This document shows positions 31,406-42,538 of a DNA stretch of 64,000 nt, in pieces. Below the pieces are notes generated by a model. It saw only the letters and a program-made list of their open reading frames with translations, had not been told where the DNA came from and did not search any database. Source of the DNA: an uncultured bacterium (GTDB lineage: Bacteria > Eisenbacteria > RBG-16-71-46); NCBI GenBank assembly GCA_964655175.1, contig CAZZLY010000001.1, forward strand, positions 5,006 through 69,005, written 5' to 3'. The position numbers and the translations under genes were made by a program. Each line of letters opens with the position of its first letter. Positions within the stretch are counted from its first letter, which is position 1.

Positions 31406-32697
31406 GCTACTGGCCCGCGCACGATCCGTCCGGCAAGGCCGTCGCCGGGCGCACCGCGTACCTGATCCTGCACAACACCTCCGAGGTGGTGACGCCGGAT
31501 GCGGAGGGGCGCGAGATCCTGCGCTTCCCCAAGGGTGCGATCGTGTTCCGCGGCGGGCGCGTGCTCGAGGTGGGGCCGGCCGCCGAACTGTTCCGCAACC
31601 ACCCCGATGCGCGACCGCTCAACGCCAACGGCAAGTTGGTCACGCCGGGTCTCGTGGACCCGCACACGCACATGATCTTCGGGGGGCACCGCGCCGAGGA
31701 GTTCCAGATGAAGCTCGCCGGCGCGAGCTACGCCGAGATCGCGGCCAAGGGCGGGGGCATCCGCTCGACGGTGCGGGCGACCTCGGCGGTCAAGGACGAG
31801 GTGCTCGAGAAGACGCTCGCCAACCGCCTCGAGCGCTGGCGTGCGAACGGTTGCACCACGGTCGAGGTGAAGAGTGGTTACGGGCTCAACACGAATCGCG
31901 AGGTGCGCCTGCTCGAGCTCATGTCGGGGGCGGCGATCCGCGTGCCCGTGCGCGTGCACCGCACCGCGCTCGTGCTGCACGCGTTGCCCGAGGAGTACCG
32001 CGATCGCCGCGAGGCCTACGTGACCGAGGTGCGCGACGTGCTGCTGCCCGAGATCCATCGGCGCGGCATGGCGAGCGCGGTGGACGTGTTCTGCGATCCC
32101 GTCGGCTTCACGGTGGCGGAGTGCCGCACGGTGCTCGAGCGCGCGCGCGAGCTGGGCTTCGCGCTCAAGCTGCACGCCGAGCAGACCGCGCGCTCGGGGG
32201 GCGCGGCGCTCGCCGCCGAACTCGGGGCGCGCAGCGCCGACCACCTGGAGAGCGCCGTCGAGGAGGACTGGCGGTCGCTCGCGGCCGCCGACACCGTCGG
32301 CGTGCTGCTGCCGGCGGCGGCGCTCACGCTGCGCCTGCCGCTGCCCGAGGCGGCCATGCTGCGTCGCACCGGTGCGCGCGTCGCGATCGCGACCGACTTC
32401 AATCCCGGCACCGCCCCGGCGCAGTCCCTCATGGAGTGCGCCACGCTCGCGGGGCGGTTGTGCGGTTTCGATGCCAACGAACTCCTGCTGGCGATCACTT
32501 GGAACGCCGCCAAGGCCCTGGGGGCGGAGGCCGAGGTGGGCCACCTGAACCCGGGGGCGTGGGGCGACGCGGTGCAGTGGGAGTGCGAGACGCTCGAGGA
32601 GCTGCCGTACTGGATGCCGTCGGTCCGTCCGGACACGGTGTTCATGCGTGGCGCCGATCTGGCGCTGCCCGCGGTCGAGCGCCGCGTCTGGCCGTAA
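31402..32697 (+). CDS. hutI: Imidazolonepropionase.
   Basis: Amidohydrolase motifs [14 protein letters not shown] ... KLHAEQ ... DFNPG. ATGA overlap with hutU. Confidence 0.9.
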   Translation: MSYWPAHDPSGKAVAGRTAYLILHNTSEVVTPDAEGREILRFPKGAIVFRGGRVLEVGPAAELFRNHPDARPLNANGKLVTPGLVDPHTHMIFGGHRAEEFQMKLAGASYAEIAAKGGGIRSTVRATSAVKDEVLEKTLANRLERWRANGCTTVEVKSGYGLNTNREVRLLELMSGAAIRVPVRVHRTALVLHALPEEYRDRREAYVTEVRDVLLPEIHRRGMASAVDVFCDPVGFTVAECRTVLERARELGFALKLHAEQTARSGGAALAAELGARSADHLESAVEEDWRSLAAADTVGVLLPAAALTLRLPLPEAAMLRRTGARVAIATDFNPGTAPAQSLMECATLAGRLCGFDANELLLAITWNAAKALGAEAEVGHLNPGAWGDAVQWECETLEELPYWMPSVRPDTVFMRGADLALPAVERRVWP

Positions 32698-32850
32698 CAC
32701 AACGGGTTACGGCGGTACGCTCAAGCGTCGGGTGAGGTCTTCCCCGGCCCCTCGCGCGGTTCGCGGGGATGACCATCGGGCCGTCGGCGGGGTAGCATGC
32801 CGCGCTCGTCGTCCCGCCTTCGTTCGTCCCCGCCCGAGGAGAGCCTCGCG

Positions 32851-34383
32851 ATGCCCCGTCTGGTCGAATGCGTCCCCAACTTCTCCGAAGGCCGCCGCCG
32901 TGAGGTGGTCGACCGGATCCTCGATGCCATCGCCGCCGTGCCCGGCGTCACCCTGCTGGACCGCGAGATGGACCCGGACCACAACCGTTCCGTGCTCACG
33001 TTCGCGGGAGAGCCCGAACCGGTCATGGAGGCGGCGTTCCGCGCGATCGCGAAGGCCGCCGAGCTCATCGACCTCAACCACCACTCCGGGCAGCATCCGC
33101 GCATGGGCGCGACCGACGTGGTGCCGTTCGTGCCCGTCGAGGGCGTGACGCTCGACGACTGCGCCGAGATGGCGCGCCAGGTCGGGGAGCGCGTCGGCCG
33201 TGAACTCGCGATCCCGGTGTTCCTGTACGAGGCGGCCGCGAGCACGCCCGCGCGCACGAGTCTGGCCGACGTCCGCCGCGGCGAGTTCGAGGGCCTGCGC
33301 GAGGCGATCGGCCGCGATGCGGCGCGCAAGCCCGACTTCGGTCCCGAGCACATCCACGCCACGGCGGGCGCGACCGCGATCGGCGCACGCCGGTTCCTGG
33401 TCGCGTTCAACGCCAACCTCAACACCGCCGATCTGCGCGTGGCCAAGGCGGTCGCGGCTGCGATCCGCGAGCAGTCGGGCGGGCTCAAGAACGTGCGCGC
33501 GCTGGGGTTCAGCATCGAGAACGGCCGCCGCGCGCAGGTGAGCATGAACCTCGTCAACGTCGAGGCCACGCCGATCCATCGCGTGCTGGCGCTCGTGCGC
33601 GACGAGGCGGCACGGCACGGCGCCGCGATCAGCGGTTGCGAGGTCGTGGGGCTCATCCCCGAGGCCGCGATGCTCACCGCCGCCGAGCACGCGCTGCAGC
33701 TCGAGGGCTTCACGCGCGATCAGGTGCTCGAACTGCGCCTGCGCAACGCACCGCTCACCGAGGCGGTGCCGATCGCGAGCTTCTTCGATCAGGTCGCCGG
33801 CCCCACGCCCACGCCGGGCGGCGGCACGGTCGCCGCGTTCGTGGGTTCGCTCGCGGCGTGTCTGCCGACGATGGTGGCCAACCTCACGCTGGGCAAGAAG
33901 AAATACGCGGCGTCCGAATCCGCGATGGTCGAACTCAAGCGCGAGGCCGAGACGCTGCGGGGCGCGCTGCTGGCGCTGGGCCGTCGCGACAGCGAGGCGT
34001 TCGAGCAGGTGCTCAAGGCGCGCCGCATGTCGCAGGCCGGTCCCGCCGAGATCGCCGACCGCGAGGCGGCCATCGCGGTCGCCGACCTGGAGGCCTGCGA
34101 GGTGCCCCTGGAGACCGCTCGGACCTGCGTGCGCGTGGCCGAGTTGGCCGCGGTGGCCGCCGAGCGGGGCAACACCAACGCCTGCTCCGACGCCGGTGTG
34201 GCCGGGTTACTCGCCCGGGCGGCCGGGGAGGGGGCGCTCCTGAACGTCCAGATCAACCTGAAGTCCTTGGCCGCCCCGGCCGATAAGGAACGTGTGGAGG
34301 CGGAGGCCGCCCGGGTCCGAACCGGTCTGGTCGCTGCAGCCGATCGTTGTGCCGCGGCCGTCCAGGCCGCGATGAACGCTTGA
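32851..34383 (+). CDS. ftcD: Bifunctional glutamate formimidoyltransferase / formimidoyltetrahydrofolate cyclodeaminase.
   Basis: N-terminus MPRLVECVPNFSEGRR is the characteristic start of the formiminotransferase domain. The C-terminal ~200 aa is a helical cyclodeaminase-type domain. It occupies the hutG position of the hut operon. The track start at 32797 is an upstream extension. Confidence 0.8.
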   Translation: MPRLVECVPNFSEGRRREVVDRILDAIAAVPGVTLLDREMDPDHNRSVLTFAGEPEPVMEAAFRAIAKAAELIDLNHHSGQHPRMGATDVVPFVPVEGVTLDDCAEMARQVGERVGRELAIPVFLYEAAASTPARTSLADVRRGEFEGLREAIGRDAARKPDFGPEHIHATAGATAIGARRFLVAFNANLNTADLRVAKAVAAAIREQSGGLKNVRALGFSIENGRRAQVSMNLVNVEATPIHRVLALVRDEAARHGAAISGCEVVGLIPEAAMLTAAEHALQLEGFTRDQVLELRLRNAPLTEAVPIASFFDQVAGPTPTPGGGTVAAFVGSLAACLPTMVANLTLGKKKYAASESAMVELKREAETLRGALLALGRRDSEAFEQVLKARRMSQAGPAEIADREAAIAVADLEACEVPLETARTCVRVAELAAVAAERGNTNACSDAGVAGLLARAAGEGALLNVQINLKSLAAPADKERVEAEAARVRTGLVAAADRCAAAVQAAMNA

Positions 34384-34425
34384 TTCAGGGACGGATGCCG
34401 CACGCAGCCGGGAGAGCCAGCGCAC

Positions 34426-36246
34426 TTGGAAAAGGCGATCGACATCAAGCGACGCGCACAGCGATGCGTCCAGAGCGGTGATCTGGACGGCGCCCTGCGT
34501 GAGTACGGGCGTCTCGTCGAGGGTCCGGACGCCGACCCCTACAACTTCGTCCTGCTCGCCGATCTGCTCTACAAGAAGGGCGAGCCGACGCGCGCCGCCG
34601 AGCGGTATCTGGAGGCCGTGCAGGTGTACCAGCGCGGCCTGCTGTACAAGAACGCGATCGCGGTGTGCAAGAAGATGCTGCGCCTCAACCTGTCCGCGGG
34701 ACCCGTGCTCAAGCATCTGGCCGAGTTGCATGCGGCCGACGGGCTCGCCGGTGAGGCGGCGCTGTATTTCACGCAGTACGCCGAGGCCATGGCCCGCGCC
34801 GGGAACCCGGCGGAGGCGGCCGTCGCGTTCCGGCAGGCGTTCGAGCATGGCCGTGAGCAGGTCCGGTTGCTCGAGCAGCTCGCCGAGGTGCTGGTCGCGG
34901 ACGGTCAGACGGCGCCGGCGTTGAGCGTGCTCAGCGAGGCGGCGGGACACCATCGTGAACGGGGGCATGTGGTCGATGCGGCGCGCTGCGAGTCGCGCGC
35001 TCGCGAACTCGATCCCTCGTTCGTCCCCGGTCGTGCGGTGAGTGTTCCCGCGGCCCCGGTGGCGAGCGTGGAGCCCGAGACGCCGGTGTTCGAATCGCAC
35101 GCGGCCGCACCCGTCGAGGCGTCGGCGACGCCCGAAGTGGGTTTCGAGCGGTCGCGCGTGTTCGCGGCCCCCGAACCGGTCGCGGTGGAGTCGATCGCGA
35201 ACGACGCGTCGGTCGAGCCGACCCCCGTGTCCGTGCCCCCGCTCGAGCTCGAGTCGGTGCATGCGACCACGGCCACGGCGGCGAGCGTCGCCGAGGTCGC
35301 GCCGATCGAGCCCGAGGCCGATGAGCCCGTGACGTTCGCGGCCCCCACCGCGGACAAGCACGACGTCGAGCATCTGCTCACCGTCGCGCAGGAGCAGTTC
35401 CGCACCGGCCAGCGCGAGGACGCCGCGCGCACGCTCGTGCAGGCCGCGCTCGGCTACGAGGGGATGGGGCAGCTCGACAGCGCCGCCACGATCCTGCGCA
35501 GTCTGGGGCGCGCCGCGCAGGCGCCGCTCGACGTGCTGGAGCATTGGTATCGCAACTGCGAGCAGCGCGCGGATCACGCCGAAGCGGCCCAGGTCGCGGC
35601 CGAGCTCGGTGAGCGCGCCATCCAGAACGACGATCTCGACACCGCGCGGACGTGGTTCGGCCACGCCCTGCGTTGCCAGCCCGGCCACGAGCTGGCCCGC
35701 CGTCGCATGACGCGGCTGGGCGGCCCGTTGCCCGAGATCACCGCGCCCGCACCGCCCGCGCCCGAGCACGGCCGCGTCGAGGTCGCCATGGGCCGCAGCG
35801 AGTCGCTGACCACCGATCTCGAGAGCCTGTTGAGCGAGTTCCAGCGGGGCGTCGAGGCCCAGTTGGAGGGAGACGCCCAGGGGCATTACGATTTGGGCAT
35901 GGCCTACCGCGACATGGGACTCCAGGAACAGGCGATCGAAGCGTTCCGCGCCGCAGCGCAGGACGCCACGCTCGCGCCGCGCGCTTTCGAGATGGTCGGT
36001 CGTTGCCAGGCCGCCGCCGGGTCGCACGAGGCGGCCATCGAGGCGTTCGAGCACGCGCTGGGGCTGGGCACGTTCGACGCCGAGGGTCAGGTCGAGCTGC
36101 GCCTCGAGATGGCGCAGAGCCTGTCGGCGATCGGCGATCTGGATGCGGCCATCGTGCAGCTCGAGAACGCCGACGCGGCGATGCCGGGACGTGCCGACGT
36201 CGCCGAGCGTCTCGCCGAACTGCGCGGCTTCCGGAAGGCCGCATGA
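34426..36246 (+). CDS. TPR-repeat protein.
   Basis: Several 34-aa helix-turn-helix repeats with the A/Y/L pattern (AAERYLEAVQVYQRGLLYKNAIAVCKKML; GHYDLGMAYRDMGLQEQAIEAFRAA). No signal peptide. Confidence 0.5.
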   Translation: MEKAIDIKRRAQRCVQSGDLDGALREYGRLVEGPDADPYNFVLLADLLYKKGEPTRAAERYLEAVQVYQRGLLYKNAIAVCKKMLRLNLSAGPVLKHLAELHAADGLAGEAALYFTQYAEAMARAGNPAEAAVAFRQAFEHGREQVRLLEQLAEVLVADGQTAPALSVLSEAAGHHRERGHVVDAARCESRARELDPSFVPGRAVSVPAAPVASVEPETPVFESHAAAPVEASATPEVGFERSRVFAAPEPVAVESIANDASVEPTPVSVPPLELESVHATTATAASVAEVAPIEPEADEPVTFAAPTADKHDVEHLLTVAQEQFRTGQREDAARTLVQAALGYEGMGQLDSAATILRSLGRAAQAPLDVLEHWYRNCEQRADHAEAAQVAAELGERAIQNDDLDTARTWFGHALRCQPGHELARRRMTRLGGPLPEITAPAPPAPEHGRVEVAMGRSESLTTDLESLLSEFQRGVEAQLEGDAQGHYDLGMAYRDMGLQEQAIEAFRAAAQDATLAPRAFEMVGRCQAAAGSHEAAIEAFEHALGLGTFDAEGQVELRLEMAQSLSAIGDLDAAIVQLENADAAMPGRADVAERLAELRGFRKAA

Positions 36247-37094
36247 CCACGCCACGCCCCCCGCTTCCGGTGGGCGGTCGGCTGGAACTGCATGCCCACA
36301 CGCACATCAGCGACGGCCTGCTGTCCCCGGCCGAGCTGGTCGAGCGTGCGCTCGCCTGCGGCATCACCGCGCTCGCGATCACCGATCACGATGCGGTGGA
36401 CGGCATCGCGCCCGCGCAGGCGGCGGCCGCCGGCCGACTCGAGATCGTCCCGGGCATCGAGGTCTCGTCGGTGCACGAGGGCCTCGACCTGCACATCCTG
36501 GGCTACTTCATCGATCCCACCTCCGAGGCGCTGCTCGCGCGGCTCGCGTTGTCGCGCGACGAGCGCCGGCAGCGTGCGTTCGCGATCATCGCGCGGCTGG
36601 CGGAACTGGGCGTGCCGGTCGATGCCGACGAGGTGTTCGCCGCCGCCGGTCCCGGCGTGGTCGGCCGGCCGCACGTCGCGCACGCCCTGCTCAAGGCCGG
36701 TCACGTGCCGTCCATGGAGGTGGCGTTCAATCGCTACCTGGGTTCGCGCGGCGAGGCGTTCATCCCGCGGCCCGAGTTCCCGGCCGTCGAGGCGGTGCGC
36801 ATCCTGCGTGACGCGGGCGGCGTCGCGGTGCTCGCGCATCCGGGCTCGCTCGCGCGACGCATCGTCGAGACGCTCGCTGAAGCGGGCCTGGGCGGCGTCG
36901 AGGTGTGGCATCCGCAGCACGGCATCACCGCGCAGCGCCGCTGGTACGAGACCGCCAAGGACCTGAACCTCGTCCCGAGCGGCGGCGCCGACTTCCACGG
37001 GCCGCATCGCGGCGTCGGCATGGGCGAGATGGCCGTGCCACCGCGCACGCTCGAGGACCTGCGCGTCCGCGCCACGAGCGGCTCGCGCCACTGA
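36243..37094 (+). CDS. PHP-domain phosphoesterase (TrpH/YciV/RNase AM-like).
   Basis: LELHAHTHISDGLLSPAELVERALACGITALAITDHD ... GIEVS ... VAVLAHPG are PHP-domain His/Asp motifs. ATGA overlap with the upstream gene. Confidence 0.7.
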   Translation: MTTPRPPLPVGGRLELHAHTHISDGLLSPAELVERALACGITALAITDHDAVDGIAPAQAAAAGRLEIVPGIEVSSVHEGLDLHILGYFIDPTSEALLARLALSRDERRQRAFAIIARLAELGVPVDADEVFAAAGPGVVGRPHVAHALLKAGHVPSMEVAFNRYLGSRGEAFIPRPEFPAVEAVRILRDAGGVAVLAHPGSLARRIVETLAEAGLGGVEVWHPQHGITAQRRWYETAKDLNLVPSGGADFHGPHRGVGMGEMAVPPRTLEDLRVRATSGSRH

Positions 37095-37155
37095 CGCGCC
37101 GCCGGGCCCGCGCGACGCGGGGCCCAGCGTTGACGCCCGGCGCACGCGCTCCCTA

Positions 37156-39000
37156 TTGTCCCGGGGCGCCGTCCCTCAAGCCCGTCCCCGGGAGTGTCCC
37201 GCCATCCGACGCCTGCTCTGGAGCTTCCTCGCCGCGATCCTCGTCGCCGCGCCCGTCGCGGCACAGGTGTCCGCGGTCGCCACCGCCGAGACCTGGGCCG
37301 CACCCGGCACGCCCGGGGGCGTCGACGACGTGCATCTGGGTCACGGGCTGCCGTTCGCGTGGCTCGGCCTCGTCGCGGGGGCGGTGGGTTCGCGGGATGC
37401 GCTCGTCGCGGGCACGGGGGCGTGGCCCGGGCTCGACGAACTGCAGGCGCCGGGCGCGTGGTACGACTCGTCGCGCGTGGTGATCGGTGCCGACGCGGGC
37501 TGGCGCGGGTACGCCGGGTCGCTCGTGACGCTGCAGAGCGATGCGCGCCCCGTGCGCACGGGCAAGCCGCGCGCGGCGTTCACGTACGTGACCGGTGCGG
37601 CAGGGGCGGATCGCAACGGCCTGTTGCTCGCGCGCGGGGACGGCAACGGTTGGTTGCGCGCCGGTGCGCTCGCCGAACGGCGCGACGTCGCCGGTCGGCT
37701 GGGGCTCGCGGGCCGACACCTGTGGTTCGTCGACGTGGGGCAGGTGCGCGGCGCGGGCACGCTGCGGGTGAACTTCACGCAGCGCGGGAACGCGACCACG
37801 ACGTTGGCCGACGCGAGCGAGGTCGATCTCATCGGGGGCCTGCGCCCGCCGTATCCGGGCTACGAGGACGCGGCGCACGGCGAGGCGGGCTTCGCCGAAT
37901 GGGCGTGGTCGCGCCACGGTCGCCGCGCCACGGTGCGCGCGACGCGCAGCCACGATCACCGGGAGTCGTTCGAGTCGCCCGTGCTCGGCGTGCAATCGCT
38001 GTTCGCGGAGCGCGAGGCGCAGCAGAACGGACTCGAGTTCGAGGCGGCGCGCGAACAGGACGGACGCACCGACGCGCTGCGACTCGAGCTCACCGAGGCG
38101 CGCGTCGCGCGCAGTGCGGACTACTTCTTCGATGGCGTGACGCCGCGCCTGTGGCGGCAGCGCACGGTGTGGCTCGCGGGTCGTCGCACGACCGCGTTCG
38201 CGGGCGGTGCGCTCGAGGGTCAGTTGGGGCTCGGCGCCCAGCGTGCGGTGGGTGGGTTGGGGGTGGCCCCGTCGCTCGAATGGCGCGGCCCCATGGCGGG
38301 CTCGCGCGTGCGCGTGCATGCGGGACGGCATCTGACGCCCGTGTGGAGCGACCTGGCGCCGGGCACCGATGCGTTCACGCAGGACGTCTGGCTCGTCGGC
38401 GCCGAGGACGCGTGGGGCGATCGTGCGCATCGCTGGCTCGAACTCGGCGTGCTCGGAGCCCGCATCGGCTCTCCGGCGGGACTCGATCGCACCCCCGTGC
38501 GCGACGTCGCGCTGCGTCGCGGCTGGACGCGGCTGGGCGCGTCGTCGCACGACGCCATGGTGACGCTGGGGCTGGGTGCGCGTCGCGGCACGTTCGGCGT
38601 GGACGCGAGCGGCTTCGCGCGCGTGCGGCCGCGCGTCGCCTTCGAGGCGCTCACCGAACCCGCGATCGGCGCGCGCGTCGGCGTGGAATCCGCGTTCCGG
38701 TTGTTCACCGGCGATCTGGGGGTGACGGTGCGACTCGAGGGCGCCTACGTGGGCGCGCGCGAGTGCGCCTCGCTGCCCGAGTACTCGGTCCGTCCGCTCC
38801 CGGTGGCCGCCACGACCACGTGGGGCGGTTCGCTCATGCTGGAGTTGGGGGATGCGCGTTTCGGGTTCCGCGCCTTCGATCTCGAGGACGTGGCGCACCC
38901 GCTCGCGTGGGCCGACCCCAGCCGCGCGTTCCCCGGTGCGGCCGCGGTGAGCGCGGGCCGACAGATCCGTTTCGAGCTGGCCTGGCCGTTCTTCAACTGA
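37156..39000 (+). CDS. Hypothetical secreted protein, putatively outer-membrane associated.
   Basis: Hydrophobic N-terminal segment LLWSFLAAILVAAPVAAQVSAV. The C-terminal half is rich in alternating amphipathic beta-like strands (RFGFRAFDL; IRFELAWPFFN). No recognisable catalytic motif. Start uncertain. Confidence 0.35.
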   Translation: MSRGAVPQARPRECPAIRRLLWSFLAAILVAAPVAAQVSAVATAETWAAPGTPGGVDDVHLGHGLPFAWLGLVAGAVGSRDALVAGTGAWPGLDELQAPGAWYDSSRVVIGADAGWRGYAGSLVTLQSDARPVRTGKPRAAFTYVTGAAGADRNGLLLARGDGNGWLRAGALAERRDVAGRLGLAGRHLWFVDVGQVRGAGTLRVNFTQRGNATTTLADASEVDLIGGLRPPYPGYEDAAHGEAGFAEWAWSRHGRRATVRATRSHDHRESFESPVLGVQSLFAEREAQQNGLEFEAAREQDGRTDALRLELTEARVARSADYFFDGVTPRLWRQRTVWLAGRRTTAFAGGALEGQLGLGAQRAVGGLGVAPSLEWRGPMAGSRVRVHAGRHLTPVWSDLAPGTDAFTQDVWLVGAEDAWGDRAHRWLELGVLGARIGSPAGLDRTPVRDVALRRGWTRLGASSHDAMVTLGLGARRGTFGVDASGFARVRPRVAFEALTEPAIGARVGVESAFRLFTGDLGVTVRLEGAYVGARECASLPEYSVRPLPVAATTTWGGSLMLELGDARFGFRAFDLEDVAHPLAWADPSRAFPGAAAVSAGRQIRFELAWPFFN

Positions 39001-39058
39001 CGCGCCCCCGGACCTGACGCGCCCGACTCGGGCCGCGTCGCCGACCCGCCCCCGCGGG

Positions 39059-39454
39059 ATGCCCATGTCCGGACTCACCGAATCCGAGCGCCGCGGTGCG
39101 CTCGTGCTCGCCCTGCTCGTCACCCTGGGAACGCTGCAGGACCTGTGGTGGGCGCGACGAGTCGCACTCACCGACGAACCGGGGCCGGAGGTCGACACCG
39201 TGGCCGTCGTGCCCGCGGGTGAGACGGTGCCGCCCTCGGGGGATCCCGCGACCGTGGACCTCGCGACCGCCGACGTCGCGGCCCTCGACGCCCTGCCCGG
39301 CATCGGCCCGGTGCTGGCGGAGCGCATCGTCACCGAACGGCGGCGGGTGGGGGGATTCCACCGGGTGGACGACCTGCTCGCCGTGCCCGGCATCGGTCCC
39401 CGGTTGCTCGAACGCCTGCGGCCCCGGCTGCGGGTGGGCTCGGGCGGGCGCTGA
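39059..39454 (+). CDS. comEA: ComEA-like helix-hairpin-helix DNA-binding protein (competence).
   Basis: N-terminal membrane anchor RGALVLALLVTLGTL. Tandem HhH motifs LDALPGIGPVLAERIV and LLAVPGIGPRLLERL, with the typical VDLNTA-like DLATADVAALDALPGIG context. Confidence 0.6.
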   Translation: MPMSGLTESERRGALVLALLVTLGTLQDLWWARRVALTDEPGPEVDTVAVVPAGETVPPSGDPATVDLATADVAALDALPGIGPVLAERIVTERRRVGGFHRVDDLLAVPGIGPRLLERLRPRLRVGSGGR

Positions 39455-39495
39455 GCGCCCCCACGGCTCGCGCGGGACGACCGCTCGCGTCGTGC

Positions 39496-39531
39496 ATTCC
39501 GCACGGAACGGGCCCGCGGAGCGTGCGGAAT
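39496..39531 (+). promoter_or_regulatory. Perfect 10-bp inverted repeat (ATTCCGCACG / CGTGCGGAAT) with a 16-nt spacer, in the comEA-pilB intergenic region.
   Basis: Read directly as attccgcacg gaacgggcccgcggag cgtgcggaat. It lies 42 nt after the comEA stop and 180 nt before the pilB GTG. It could be an intrinsic terminator stem or a dimeric regulator operator. Confidence 0.3.
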
Positions 39532-39713
39532 TCGCTGCAGTCGGCCCGGAGGCCGTCCGATACCCACAGGGAACGAGGCCCGTTCGCTCGTCGAGCCCGC
39601 ACGGATGCGCGGCGACGATCGGGCGCGGCGTGCGCGTGCGTGCGCCGTGACGCGACAAGAAGTCCCGCTCCGAGAACGGGTTCCGCTCTCTCGCAACGCC
39701 CCCGGGGATCATC

Positions 39714-41414
<1,701 letters not shown>

Positions 41415-41439
41415 GCGGCCGCTCGAACGGAGAACGACG

Positions 41440-42522
41440 ATGGCGGAACTGACGCTGCTGCAGTTGCTCCAGGACATGGTCCAGCGCAAGGCGTCCGACC
41501 TGCACCTGACGGCCGGGGTGGCACCCGAACTGCGTATCGACGGCGCGATGACGCCGACGGAGTACGAGGTGCTGTCGCCGGATCGGTGCACGGCGCTCGC
41601 CTACAGCGTGCTCTCGGACGAGCAGCGCAAGCGTTTCGAGACGACCAAGGAGCTGGACTTCTCCTTCGGCGTCAAGAACCTCGCGCGCTTCCGCGCCAAC
41701 GTCTATCTGCAGAAGGGCTCGGTCGCGATGGCGCTGCGGCAGATCCCGTACGACATCATCCCGCTCGAGAAGCTGGGGCTGCCGCCGGTCGTGCGCGAGT
41801 TCACGAACCGTCACAAGGGCCTCGTGCTCGTGACCGGGCCCACGGGTTCGGGCAAGTCCACGACGCTCGCGTCCATGCTCGACCGCATCAACCAGACGCG
41901 GCAGTCGCACATCATGACGATCGAGGACCCGATCGAGTACATCCACCAGCACAAGAAGTCGATCGTGAACCAGCGCGAGGTGGGCGCCGACACGTCGTCG
42001 TTCCCGGCCGCGCTCAAGTACGTGCTGCGACAGGATCCCGACGTGATCCTGATCGGTGAGATGCGCGACCTCGAGACGATCGAGGCCGCCCTCACCATCG
42101 CCGAGACCGGTCACCTGGTGTTCGCGACGCTCCACACCAACTCCACGTACGAGGCGGTCAACCGCATCGTGGACGTGTTCCCCGCGGATCAGCAGAAGCA
42201 GATCCTCACCCAGCTCGCGTTCGTGCTGGAGGGCGTCATGACCCAGCAGCTCATCCCGCGCAGCCGCGGGACGGGCCGGATCATGTGCGCCGAGGTGCTG
42301 GTCTGCACGCCGGCCATCAAGGCCGTCATCCGTGAAGCCAAGACGCACCAGATCTACAGCCTCATGCAGGTCGGGCAGAAGTACGGCATGCAGACCATGA
42401 ATCAGGCACTCATGCAGGCCGTGCTCGACAAGCAGCTCACGTCCGAGGACGCCCTGGACCGCAGCACGGACCGCGTGGAGCTGGAAGGCATGCTCCAGAA
42501 GGTCCTGCGAGCGGCGGCCTGA
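41440..42522 (+). CDS. pilT: Twitching motility (retraction) ATPase.
   Basis: MAELTLLQLL...ASDLHL. Walker A LVLVTGPTGSGKSTTL. AIRNLIRE-like VIREAKTHQI motif. 360 aa. Confidence 0.9.
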   Translation: MAELTLLQLLQDMVQRKASDLHLTAGVAPELRIDGAMTPTEYEVLSPDRCTALAYSVLSDEQRKRFETTKELDFSFGVKNLARFRANVYLQKGSVAMALRQIPYDIIPLEKLGLPPVVREFTNRHKGLVLVTGPTGSGKSTTLASMLDRINQTRQSHIMTIEDPIEYIHQHKKSIVNQREVGADTSSFPAALKYVLRQDPDVILIGEMRDLETIEAALTIAETGHLVFATLHTNSTYEAVNRIVDVFPADQQKQILTQLAFVLEGVMTQQLIPRSRGTGRIMCAEVLVCTPAIKAVIREAKTHQIYSLMQVGQKYGMQTMNQALMQAVLDKQLTSEDALDRSTDRVELEGMLQKVLRAAA

Positions 42523-42538
42523 ACGGAGGACACGCACC

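Noticed and set aside
37095-37155. GC-rich quasi-palindrome (cccgcg-cga-cgcggg) after the PHP-domain gene as a terminator.
   Set aside because: Only a 6-bp stem with a bulged extension, which is unremarkable in 70% GC DNA. Not reported as a feature.
39525-39540. Adjacent EcoRI (GAATTC) and PstI (CTGCAG) sites inside the comEA-pilB palindrome region as a sign of cloning-vector contamination.
   Set aside because: Isolated six-cutter sites with no flanking vector sequence. The surrounding sequence is contiguous native high-GC DNA.
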